Shown: positions 37,205 to 45,722 of the stretch, piece after piece
Position numbering within the stretch: the first letter of the stretch is position 1
Layout of the letters: each line of letters opens with the position of its first letter
Source: a virus
Length of the DNA: 64,000 bases
Virus record (IMG/VR): IMGVR_UViG_3300019487_000032
Span: 625-64,624 of that record
Direction: 5' to 3' (one strand)
The notes under the pieces: generated by a model
What the model was told of the DNA's origin: nothing
The model's database searches: none
Seen by the model: only the letters and a program-made list of their open reading frames with translations
Translations under genes and position numbers: made by a program

Positions 37205-37645
37205 CTACTTGGTCTCCTTCCGGGTTGCGATCGCGATGTCACGTGCCCACCGCATAGCGACGGCGGTCAGCTCTTTGTAGTGCGCGGCCTCAGCTTGAAG
37301 TCGCGCCAGTTCTTCGTCGAGCGGCTTGGAGTCGTCGAACTGTCCGCGCGTTGCCATGTGCACGAAGCGTGTATCGAACTCGGGGCGGTTCGGCTGCTGC
37401 AGCTGCGCCGAGAAATCCCAGCGGAACCGGAAACACGCTTCGTAACCGTCCCAGTCCCAGTCGACGATGTGCATGCCGCACATGTGCTCGACGAACGCTT
37501 CGAGCGCGTTGCTGTACTTGTCGAACGCGTCGAGGTAGTGCTGGCTGACGCCTGCGATGCCGACCTTCGGCTCGATGTCGCGCATCGCGACAAGCGTCGC
37601 CATGATGGCCTCGCGGAGCTTCTGCTCTTGGCTGCGGCGCTTCAT
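37205..37645 (-). CDS. Hypothetical protein
   Basis: ATGA overlap with the upstream gene (MKRRSQEQ...). Confidence 0.65.
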   Translation of the reverse strand: MKRRSQEQKLREAIMATLVAMRDIEPKVGIAGVSQHYLDAFDKYSNALEAFVEHMCGMHIVDWDWDGYEACFRFRWDFSAQLQQPNRPEFDTRFVHMATRGQFDDSKPLDEELARLQAEAAHYKELTAVAMRWARDIAIATRKETK

Positions 37646-37887
37646 CGCTTCACGCTGTGCGTCTTGACGTTGTCGAACGAGAACTTGACGAGCCAGCTCG
37701 GCCCGAACGTGTTGCGGACTTGCTGCAAGAGGCCGTACTCGTTCGTGCCACGGTACTCGCGGTAGCGGCCGGACATCCACGCGTGGTTGAGCTTGAACTT
37801 CCAATCGCGGCCGTTCGCATCGGCGAACGTACGCAGCGCGGCGAGCTGATCGGCGTTGAGCGTGATGACTTGCTTGGGCGTGGGCAT
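37642..37887 (-). CDS. Hypothetical protein
   Basis: 81 aa; operon packing. Confidence 0.7.
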   Translation of the reverse strand: MPTPKQVITLNADQLAALRTFADANGRDWKFKLNHAWMSGRYREYRGTNEYGLLQQVRNTFGPSWLVKFSFDNVKTHSVKR

Positions 37888-37889
37888 GA

Positions 37890-38198
37890 CTACCGGGTCC
37901 TTTCCATCTCGGGGAGATCAGAAACATCGAAGGCGTAGGTGCGGATGACGTACTTGGTGACGTAGCGGCACGAAGCGCCGCCGTGCATGTAGACGTATTC
38001 GTTCGGTGCGATCTGGTAGAGCACCGCGTCGCGACCGTCGATCTCGATGAAGCCGCGCAGCAGCTGCACCGGGAACGCGCTCGACGTGCGCTCGTCGGTG
38101 AGGTTGTCGATCTCGATCTTCATGACGCGCGTGGACGCGTCGAGGATCGCGGCGATCCACGCGCGGCCGGCCTTCGTGCGTGCCTTGTATTCGGTCAC
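37890..38198 (-). CDS. Hypothetical protein
   Basis: GTGA overlap; GGGGG RBS-like sequence. Confidence 0.65.
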   Translation of the reverse strand: MTEYKARTKAGRAWIAAILDASTRVMKIEIDNLTDERTSSAFPVQLLRGFIEIDGRDAVLYQIAPNEYVYMHGGASCRYVTKYVIRTYAFDVSDLPEMERTR

Positions 38199-38782
38199 GA
38201 CGTACCCCCGGCGAGCGCGCGGTTCATGCGCGCCTGCGCCTGCACCCGCGCCGCGATCAGGTGGACCGGGATCAGCTCGTCGAAGACATAGCCGCGCACC
38301 GTGAACGCAACCGGCACGAACGCGAGCGGCGGCGTCACGGTGACCGACGCAACCGTCGCGACCGGCGCGGACAGCGCGAGCGCCTTGCGGGCGACCGCAC
38401 GAGTGGCCCGGCGCAGCGCCGCACGAACGAGGCCCGCCGCGAGACGCGCCGCCTTGCGCGCCGCGAGGGCAGCCTGCGCCTTGCGCAGCGCGGCCTGCGT
38501 CACGAGCGCCCGAGCGACCGCCCGACCGACCGCCGCGAGCGCTGCGAACGCGCCGCGGGCGAGGTTCTTCGCCGTGCGGGGCGCCGGGGCGACCGGCAGG
38601 GGCAGGCCCGCCCGAGCGGCCTGCAGGCGACGGAGCGCACGCTCCGAGGCCTTCGCCAAGCGCCAGGCCTTCGTCTCAGTCTCCGCGGCCTCTTCGGCGC
38701 GGATCGCAGCGTTGTACGCGCGCTCGCAGCTGCGAACGAGGCGAGCGTTGATCGGGGCGGCGGCCGGGGCGTTGTTCTTCAT
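38195..38782 (-). CDS. Ala/Arg-rich helical hypothetical protein
   Basis: First gene of the leftward transcription unit. Confidence 0.6.
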   Translation of the reverse strand: MKNNAPAAAPINARLVRSCERAYNAAIRAEEAAETETKAWRLAKASERALRRLQAARAGLPLPVAPAPRTAKNLARGAFAALAAVGRAVARALVTQAALRKAQAALAARKAARLAAGLVRAALRRATRAVARKALALSAPVATVASVTVTPPLAFVPVAFTVRGYVFDELIPVHLIAARVQAQARMNRALAGGTS

Positions 38783-38819
38783 GGTGAACGACAGACGACC
38801 GACCGGCGCGGCTATTCAA

Positions 38820-39009
38820 ACAAAGCAAGAGTAAGCTGCGAACGATCCCAGGAGCGATCCGGCCCTCTATAGAGGGGTTTCGACGGGACGCCCCTCAGAA
38901 AAGCCCCCGGAACCGGGCAGATCCCGCCCCCGGGCCCGGCCGGGGCCCCCGGGACGTCCCCCGGGAACCGGCCTATTTCCGCACACTTAGCATGTTACTC
39001 TTGCTTTGT
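38820..39009. repeat. 15-bp inverted repeat flanking a GC-rich, palindrome-dense core
   Basis: ACAAAGCAAGAGTAA (38820-38834) / TTACTCTTGCTTTGT (38995-39009); internal perfect palindromes CCCTCTATAGAGGG (38863-38876) and GGGACGTCCC (38951-38960). Confidence 0.85.
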
Positions 39010-39030
39010 GAATAGACCGGGCGGTACAAC
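38997..39030 (+). promoter_or_regulatory. Early-type promoter ACTC-TTGCTT-N18-TACAAC
   Basis: 17 nt identical to 42353-42369, with the same spacing to TACAA. Confidence 0.65.
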
Positions 39031-39044
39031 GTCTCACAAGGGCC

Positions 39045-41015
39045 ATGAAGAACAAACACCCCGGAAAGTGCAACACCTGCCAGACGCCGGTCGCCTCGGG
39101 CGCGGGCGACCTCATCAAGATCGACGGCCGCTGGGCGGTCCTCTGTGCGGCTCACGCGGGCGGCGTTTCGACGGCCGCCGCTGCTCTGGCACTGGTCCTA
39201 CGCCTCTGGGTCGAGGCCGGCCGCGTGCTCTGCGCGCCGGTCAGCCGCCTGAACGGCAAGTTCGATACGTACCTGTCGGTTACCCGCGGCGCGGGCTTCT
39301 TCTACAGCAAGGCCGACAACGCGCAGGCCGGCACGCTCGACAAGCTCCCCGCGTTGATCACGGCGCTCCGCAGCGCGGGCTTCACGCTCGACGTCGCGCC
39401 GGAGCTGGTCGCTACGCTGCAGGCAATCGAAGCACGCGCGGCAAGCGACGTCACCGCCGCGGACGCACGCGCCGCCGAGATCGACGCGATGCTCCGCGCG
39501 ACGGGCAAAGCGCTCTACCCGTTCCAAGGCTCCGGCGTCAGCTGGCTCGCACCGCGCAAGAAGGCCGTGCTCGGCGACGACATGGGCCTCGGCAAGACAA
39601 TCCAGGCGCTGCTCGCGGCCCCTGTCGGTGCGCCGCTCGTCGTCGTCTGCCCCGCCGTCGCCAAGGGCGTGTGGGCCCGCGAAGCGAAGCGCTTCCGTCC
39701 TGACCTCAACCCGATCGCACTCGAAGGTCGCGACTCGTTCCGCTGGGCGCAGCCGGGCGAGCTGATCATCACCAACTACGCGATCCTTCCCGGCGAGAAG
39801 GCCGAGCAGAAGGGCTACTCCGCGACGCTGCCCGCGGACCTCGCGGTCGCGCCGGCCGGCACCGTGCTGATCTCCGACGAGGCGCACGTGCTCAAGGCGA
39901 GCGGCACGGCGCAAACCAGCCGGTTCCGCGCGCTCCGTGACGCTGCACTCGCGGCCGACGGCCGCGTGTGGCTCCTGACGGCGACGCCGATGCTCAACGA
40001 CGCGCCCGAGCTGTGGGCGGTGCTGCAGGCGATGGGCTCCGCGCGCGACGTGTTCGGCTCGTACGACAACTACAAGCGCCTCTGGAACGCGTACGACGGT
40101 CGCTTCGGGATCGAATGGGGCGAGCCGTCGCCCGAGATCGCGCGCCGCTTGCAGACGGTCATGCTGCGCCGCATGAAACACGAAGTGCTCACGCAGCTGC
40201 CGGCCAAGACGTTCCGTGATATCGAGGTCAACGGTCTGTCGGCAGCGACCAAGAAGCTGTGCGACGCGACGCTCGCCGCGCTCGACGAGCTAGACGCAGA
40301 TCTGGAGAAGGCGCTCGCGAAGGCCGAGGGCACGGCGAACAAGCGGATCTCGTTCCGCCAGTTTTCCGAGGCGCGCGAAGCGCTCGCGCTCGCGAAGCTC
40401 CCCTCGGCGATTGAGCTGGCTAAGGCGTTCGAGGACGCGAACGAGCCCGTCGTCGTGTTCTCCGCGCACCGCGCGCCGATCGACGTGATCGGCCAGCGCG
40501 TTGGCTGGGCGGCCATCACGGGCGACACCCCCGCGCACGTTCGCACCGAGATCGAGAACGCGTTCCAGGCCGGCAAGCTCAAAGGCGTCGCCTGCACCAT
40601 CAAGGCTGGCGGCGTTGCGATCACGCTGACCCGCGCGAGCAACGTGATCTTCATCGACGAGGATTGGACTCCGGCGCTCAACGCGCAGGCGCAGGATCGC
40701 TGCAACCGCATCGGCCAGACCCGTGGCGTCGTCATCACGCGCCTGGTCGCGAAGCACGCGCTCGACCGTCGCATCGCGCAGCTCCTCGCCGAGAAGGCCG
40801 CACGCATCGCGCAGGCCGTTGACGCGGCAGCGCGTGACGCAGCGCCGGTCAAGAGCACGACGGTGACGGTGGACGCGGCAGCGCTCGCCACGGACGCGAA
40901 GCGTGCGCAGGACGCGCGTGACGCGATGACGGCAGCGACGGTGCCGCTCGCGGCGATGCTGCAGCAGCCGGCCGGCGACGTCGAGATCGCGGTCGCCGAG
41001 GAGTGCCCATTCTGA
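39045..41015 (+). CDS. SNF2-family helicase with Zn-finger-like N-terminus
   Basis: LGDDMGLGKT, ISDEAH, LLTATPMLN, MLRRMK, GVAITLTRA, QAQDRCNRIGQ. Confidence 0.92.
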   Translation: MKNKHPGKCNTCQTPVASGAGDLIKIDGRWAVLCAAHAGGVSTAAAALALVLRLWVEAGRVLCAPVSRLNGKFDTYLSVTRGAGFFYSKADNAQAGTLDKLPALITALRSAGFTLDVAPELVATLQAIEARAASDVTAADARAAEIDAMLRATGKALYPFQGSGVSWLAPRKKAVLGDDMGLGKTIQALLAAPVGAPLVVVCPAVAKGVWAREAKRFRPDLNPIALEGRDSFRWAQPGELIITNYAILPGEKAEQKGYSATLPADLAVAPAGTVLISDEAHVLKASGTAQTSRFRALRDAALAADGRVWLLTATPMLNDAPELWAVLQAMGSARDVFGSYDNYKRLWNAYDGRFGIEWGEPSPEIARRLQTVMLRRMKHEVLTQLPAKTFRDIEVNGLSAATKKLCDATLAALDELDADLEKALAKAEGTANKRISFRQFSEAREALALAKLPSAIELAKAFEDANEPVVVFSAHRAPIDVIGQRVGWAAITGDTPAHVRTEIENAFQAGKLKGVACTIKAGGVAITLTRASNVIFIDEDWTPALNAQAQDRCNRIGQTRGVVITRLVAKHALDRRIAQLLAEKAARIAQAVDAAARDAAPVKSTTVTVDAAALATDAKRAQDARDAMTAATVPLAAMLQQPAGDVEIAVAEECPF

Positions 41016-41206
41016 TGTTCATCGTCGTGCAGCCCACCGGGTTCATGTCGCACTTCCTGTACGGCTTCGACGAGTACGGGCCTCGGTGGCTCACGCGCAA
41101 AGACCTCGCCAAGAAGTTCACGCGCCGCGAGGCGCAGCAGATCGCTGACCAGCTCAACGCCAAGCATCCGCAGCAAGTCAATCCCGTCACCATCCAGCCC
41201 GTCTAG
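41015..41206 (+). CDS. Small hypothetical protein
   Basis: TGATG coupling. Confidence 0.6.
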   Translation: MFIVVQPTGFMSHFLYGFDEYGPRWLTRKDLAKKFTRREAQQIADQLNAKHPQQVNPVTIQPV

Positions 41207-41216
41207 GAGTCTCACT

Positions 41217-41477
41217 ATGCGCGCACGTCCCGTCGGCGGTTACGAACCTGATGATCGCGAGCAGAACGAGCTGCACGAGCTGTGGCACACGTCGCGGACC
41301 GCGATCGCGTTACCCGCTGCCGAGCGTCAGGCGCTATTCGACAAGCACGGCGGTGAGCGCGGCGCACGCGTCGCGTGGATCGTCGACGAGTTCATGAAGG
41401 CCCACGCAGGCGAGCCGAACGTCGGCCGCAAGTGGGTCTACGTCTGGTGCGTCGAGCACCTCGGCCGTCACGTTTAG
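41217..41477 (+). CDS. Hypothetical protein
   Basis: AGGAG RBS. Confidence 0.65.
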   Translation: MRARPVGGYEPDDREQNELHELWHTSRTAIALPAAERQALFDKHGGERGARVAWIVDEFMKAHAGEPNVGRKWVYVWCVEHLGRHV

Positions 41478-41487
41478 GAGCACGAAA

Positions 41488-41871
41488 GTGGGCAAGCACG
41501 GACCGCAACCGAAGGTCACGCCGTATCTGAAGATCGGCGAGGAGCGTGCGCACCGCGTTCTACTGCGACAAAAGATCGGAACAGGAAAGCAACGCTGCTA
41601 CTGGTGCGATCGACTTCTCTATTGGAACGGCAACGGCATCAACAAGCTCTGCGTAGATCACCTCGACGGTGACACCTGGAACAACAAACGAAAGAACCTG
41701 GTGGCAGCGTGTCGTCGCTGCAATTCAACGCGCACGAAACGCACCGACTTCCTGACGCACTGTCACAACGGCCATCGATTTACACCAAGGAACACGTATC
41801 AGCGTCCCGACGGAAAAGGCCGTCAGTGCCGCACGTGCAACCGCAAACGCGAGCAACGGAGAATCCGATGA
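41488..41871 (+). CDS. HNH endonuclease
   Basis: AHRV, CYWC, VDHLDGDTWNN..NLVAACRRCN, THCHNGH..TPRNTY..RQCRTC. Confidence 0.88.
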   Translation: MGKHGPQPKVTPYLKIGEERAHRVLLRQKIGTGKQRCYWCDRLLYWNGNGINKLCVDHLDGDTWNNKRKNLVAACRRCNSTRTKRTDFLTHCHNGHRFTPRNTYQRPDGKGRQCRTCNRKREQRRIR

Positions 41872-42353
41872 ACTATCGACCGCCAGTCCCCCAGGTTTGC
41901 AATGACTGTCCCTTCAGGCGCAAGGCGATGCCGGGCTGGCTCGGTGCCAGCTCGCCCGAGGGCTTCATCGATTGTATGGAGCGCGACGAACCGCTGCCGT
42001 GTCACCAGACGATCGACTACGACAACAATCCGCATTGGCTCGTCGAGTGGCTGCACCAGAAGACCGGCCACATGTGCGCGGGCGCGCTGCAGTTCATGGC
42101 GAACAAGGTGCAGCAGCACCCGTTCCAGCGGATGGAGAAAGACCACGACAACGTGTTCTCGAACACCGTCGAGTTTGTTCGCTTCCATCGCGAGTCGGCC
42201 GTGCACAGCTGGGACGAGGACGATCAGACCGAGGGCGCGAAGATGCGCCGACAGCTGATCGCCGACACGGCTGCGCGCATGAAGCAACCGATCGTCGACT
42301 TCAAGAATCGCAAGTCGCGTCCCGCTGCGAAGCGCAAAGCGCGACGCAAGTAA
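41868..42353 (+). CDS. Cys/His-rich hypothetical protein (DUF6283-like)
   Basis: CNDCPFRR..GWLG, LPCH, MCAGAL. Confidence 0.6.
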   Translation: MNYRPPVPQVCNDCPFRRKAMPGWLGASSPEGFIDCMERDEPLPCHQTIDYDNNPHWLVEWLHQKTGHMCAGALQFMANKVQQHPFQRMEKDHDNVFSNTVEFVRFHRESAVHSWDEDDQTEGAKMRRQLIADTAARMKQPIVDFKNRKSRPAAKRKARRK

Positions 42354-42386
42354 CTCTTGCTTTGTGAATGCCAACAACGCTACAAG
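42353..42386 (+). promoter_or_regulatory. Early-type promoter
   Basis: ACTCTTGCTTTGTGAAT; TTGCTT-N18-TACAAG. Confidence 0.6.
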
Positions 42387-42408
42387 CGTCAATCAGGTGG
42401 AACCCGCT

Positions 42409-42837
42409 ATGTCCGACAAGGTCACGCTCATCAAGAATCCGCACAGCACGTTGCCGGCGGCGTTGACCGTCGTCGAGGATCCGACGCTGGAACCGCACGT
42501 GCTCGTGCTGCGCACCGAGAACCACGAGGTCATCGTCGACGCGAAGCTCGGCACGCTGCACAAGCGCAGGCGCGTCAAGTTCGAGGCGCTGCCCAGCTAC
42601 GGCGACCACATGACGTGGCGACGCTTCTGCAAGCTGGTCGCTGAGGGCGGCATCGACGACGAGGACGGCTCCGGCACGTACGCGACGGCGACGCAGGTCT
42701 CGGACGTTGACGTCTCGATGGGCAACCTGATGGAGAAGATCTTCCACAGCAAGTCCATCGACGACGCTGAAGCCGTCGCGAAGAAGTTCAAGCCCCCGCA
42801 CGACTGGGTCACGCACGTCGTCTGGTTCAACAAGTAG
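42409..42837 (+). CDS. Hypothetical protein
   Basis: AGGTGG RBS before ATG 42409. Confidence 0.7.
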   Translation: MSDKVTLIKNPHSTLPAALTVVEDPTLEPHVLVLRTENHEVIVDAKLGTLHKRRRVKFEALPSYGDHMTWRRFCKLVAEGGIDDEDGSGTYATATQVSDVDVSMGNLMEKIFHSKSIDDAEAVAKKFKPPHDWVTHVVWFNK

Positions 42838-42845
42838 AGGCTGTC

Positions 42846-43181
42846 ATGGGACACATCGCACGCGCATATCCGAAGGCTCCGAAGCCGCCGAAGCAGAAGT
42901 GCCAGGCGCAGATCGAGAACTACCGCGACGGCACGAGCTACAACCTCGCGCGGGCGTTCACCGTCCCCAAGCATCAGCAGTGCAGCCGCTACGCCACGTC
43001 CAAGGTCGGCAAGTTCTGCTTCTGCGCGCTGCACACCAAGCTCGCGCTCGAAGGGCTCGTCGACGAGGGCGGCGCGGTCGCGACGCGTAGTGCGCTCGCC
43101 GACGTTCGCCGCTACCCGGAGAAGTTCCGCGACGGGCTCTATAGCTGGGCGCGCAACCTCAAGCCCGAGGAGATCAAGTAG
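42846..43181 (+). CDS. Hypothetical Cys-containing protein
   Basis: GAGG RBS; C..C..CFCALH. Confidence 0.7.
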   Translation: MGHIARAYPKAPKPPKQKCQAQIENYRDGTSYNLARAFTVPKHQQCSRYATSKVGKFCFCALHTKLALEGLVDEGGAVATRSALADVRRYPEKFRDGLYSWARNLKPEEIK

Positions 43182-43183
43182 TC

Positions 43184-43492
43184 ATGGGGAAGCGTCTGCC
43201 ACGGTGCACGAAGAACGCGCACGACTGGAAGCCGATGAAGCGTGGCGGTGCACACGAGCAGTGCACGAAGTGCCAAGACGTCTTCCCGTGCCGTCACGAG
43301 TGCGAGCACCTCGACTGCATCGCCGCGACGGGTCGGCCGCTGACGCCGTACTTCCAGGACGTGCTCGTCGATCCCGAGGCCGCACTCGACGGAATGCGCG
43401 AGGAACTCGCGATCATTGCGCCGACGGTCTACGCCGCGATCGACAAGCCCAAAAAGACGCGCACACCGTGCGCACTCCCCGAGGCCGCATGA
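43184..43492 (+). CDS. Hypothetical Cys/His-rich protein
   Basis: CTKC..FPCRHECEHLDC. Confidence 0.65.
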   Translation: MGKRLPRCTKNAHDWKPMKRGGAHEQCTKCQDVFPCRHECEHLDCIAATGRPLTPYFQDVLVDPEAALDGMREELAIIAPTVYAAIDKPKKTRTPCALPEAA

Positions 43493-44238
43493 CCATGAAG
43501 GGCACACCGGCTGCGAAGCCACAGAAGGTTCTGCCGCTCGTCGTCGACATCACGTACGAAGCTGTGCGCTCCGTCGTGATCAAGTACGCCGAGCAGCACG
43601 GCGGCAAGCACTGGCTGTCGACCAAGTCCGTTGCGCTGCTGATGAACGGTTGGGACGGCGTGAGCCAGTTCCAGAACAAGTCATACGGGCGCGCTTGCGA
43701 CAAGCTGCAACACGCACCGGGCTACACCCACCACCTGTCGCTGACATCGGCGCAAGCGATGGCGATACGTAAGCGGCTCGACAAACTCGTCGAGGAGAAG
43801 CTCGTCGAGAAGGCGCGCGGCCACACCGACGGCAATAACAGTTGGGGTTACCGCTGGATCACCGACGGCATGAAAGCTCGTCGCGTGACGATTGCCACCA
43901 ACGGCGCTTCTGCACGTGACCTTGCACGTCGACTCTCGCTTGCGCTTGGCGGCGACGGTGAATCGGGCGTGACACCGTTCCTGACGCCAGATGACACGTA
44001 CGGCATCCGCGTGAACCTGTACGGCTCGACAGCCGAACGAATTCTCGAAGCGATTCACATGGCCGGCGTCAGTCCCGACTTTTTCACCAACAAGCACTGG
44101 GAGATTCTCACGTCGCACGGCGAGGTCACGGGCTGCTGTGCTGATCGCGCCGACGTGCGGCGTGAAGAACCTGATGCGACGTTTCGCGAGGTCGCAATCG
44201 AGAAGTGCCGTGGCTGCAAGGGCGGACTCGACACATGA
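43489..44238 (+). CDS. Hypothetical protein, possible winged-helix domain
   Basis: AIRKRLDKLVEEKLVEK..WGYRW; ATGA coupling. Confidence 0.6.
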   Translation: MTMKGTPAAKPQKVLPLVVDITYEAVRSVVIKYAEQHGGKHWLSTKSVALLMNGWDGVSQFQNKSYGRACDKLQHAPGYTHHLSLTSAQAMAIRKRLDKLVEEKLVEKARGHTDGNNSWGYRWITDGMKARRVTIATNGASARDLARRLSLALGGDGESGVTPFLTPDDTYGIRVNLYGSTAERILEAIHMAGVSPDFFTNKHWEILTSHGEVTGCCADRADVRREEPDATFREVAIEKCRGCKGGLDT

Positions 44239-44486
44239 ACATCCACATCGGCAACAACCGTTGGGTCAAGTTCACACGCACCGTCACACGTACCGGCGAC
44301 GGCGAATGGCGCGGGCGCGGCTTCGGACTTCGCTTTCGTGTCAGCCGTGTCGGTGGCGCGTGGTTCTGCACCGTGTGGCGTGACGGCGGCGCTGTGCTCG
44401 CGACCTGCCAGTTCCACAAAATGAAGTCCTCAATCCAAGAAGGCGCGCGTCTCGCTGACGTCGCGACGGTGCCATGCCCTACGTAG
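44235..44486 (+). CDS. Hypothetical protein
   Basis: ATGA coupling. Confidence 0.6.
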   Translation: MNIHIGNNRWVKFTRTVTRTGDGEWRGRGFGLRFRVSRVGGAWFCTVWRDGGAVLATCQFHKMKSSIQEGARLADVATVPCPT

Positions 44487-44740
44487 CTATCGACTCGCGC
44501 GACGGTACGTTCAAAGTCACGCCGATCTCCAACGAGAGCGCCGACGCGCACATGCAGCAGGGCGGCGACCCGCTCTACATCGAGGACGCCATCTACGAGG
44601 CGTGGCTTGCACACGAACGCGAGCGCGCGACGTTCAACAAGCTCTGGATCTCGATCCAGAACGAAGCCGCCCACAGGCGCGAGATCTACGAGCTGCGCTC
44701 CAAGGTCGACGTCATGGAGCGGTTCGGAAAGAAGCCATGA
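44474..44740 (+). CDS. Hypothetical protein
   Basis: Operon packing. Confidence 0.65.
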   Translation: MPYVAIDSRDGTFKVTPISNESADAHMQQGGDPLYIEDAIYEAWLAHERERATFNKLWISIQNEAAHRREIYELRSKVDVMERFGKKP

Positions 44741-45285
44741 GTCAGCGACTGACTATTACGTGTGAGAACTGCAAGGCCGAACTAGACCACCGTTGCAACG
44801 TCGATCTGCTGACTGCGATCGTCGATTTGCACACGTGGGGCCCCGAGCAAGGCATGCCCGACTACATGATCCGTGAGGGCAAGCGCGCACGCATGTACAG
44901 CCAGGGCGACGAGGACGCGCCGTTCATGACCGAGGGGTTTCTGTACACTGCGCTCGGCAAGGAAGACGCGCGCACGCTGCTCGCGCTCGTCAACGCTGTC
45001 GTCGCCGCGTGCGGACTCGATCAGATGGGCATCTACAAGGCCATCAACGAGCGCCTCGAATCGATCAAGGCCGACCGCGAGCGCGCTGCACAGATGCGTC
45101 GTCGACAAGAGCTGCTGCGCGACATCCATCGCGCGAAGCCCGACGGTGTCGGTGTCGCCGAGGACGAGTGGCACCTGCTCGATCACCTGGCGAAGTACAC
45201 CGACCGCTGGCAGATCGGCGAACCGTACGAGCGCGGTGGCAAGCGCTGGAAGAAGTTCACCGACATCGACAAGCGCACGCCATGA
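44737..45285 (+). CDS. Hypothetical protein
   Basis: ATGA coupling. Confidence 0.65.
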   Translation: MSQRLTITCENCKAELDHRCNVDLLTAIVDLHTWGPEQGMPDYMIREGKRARMYSQGDEDAPFMTEGFLYTALGKEDARTLLALVNAVVAACGLDQMGIYKAINERLESIKADRERAAQMRRRQELLRDIHRAKPDGVGVAEDEWHLLDHLAKYTDRWQIGEPYERGGKRWKKFTDIDKRTP

Positions 45286-45722
45286 AGCATTATCCCTACG
45301 CACCAGGTTCCATCTCGGACGTGTACAAGCGCGTCGGTTCCACGCTGCGCAACGTCGTGCACGAGCTGTCGCGCGAGCACCAGGTGCCGCTGACGTCGCG
45401 TGTTTTACTGAAGCTCGCACGCGGTGTCGCGCTCAACGCGCAAGCGGCGCGGATCGCACCCGCGCAGTTCGACGGCGAGAACGGTCGCGACGCGCTCTCG
45501 GCGATCGCGCACGCGACGTCGCAACGCGAGCTGATCCAGCTCGCCGACAGCAACGTAACCACACTCGACAGGCGCTGGTCGCAGGTTACCTACGTCGCGA
45601 TCCTGGAACTGTCAGCGGCCAGTACGTCGGTCGCTGAGCTGCGCCGCATCGTCGACATCCAAGAAGATCCACCACGCTCAACCTACAGCTCCAAGCTCTT
45701 CGACAAGTGGACGCCAAAATGA
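45282..45722 (+). CDS. Hypothetical protein
   Basis: ATGA coupling. Confidence 0.6.
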   Translation: MKHYPYAPGSISDVYKRVGSTLRNVVHELSREHQVPLTSRVLLKLARGVALNAQAARIAPAQFDGENGRDALSAIAHATSQRELIQLADSNVTTLDRRWSQVTYVAILELSAASTSVAELRRIVDIQEDPPRSTYSSKLFDKWTPK

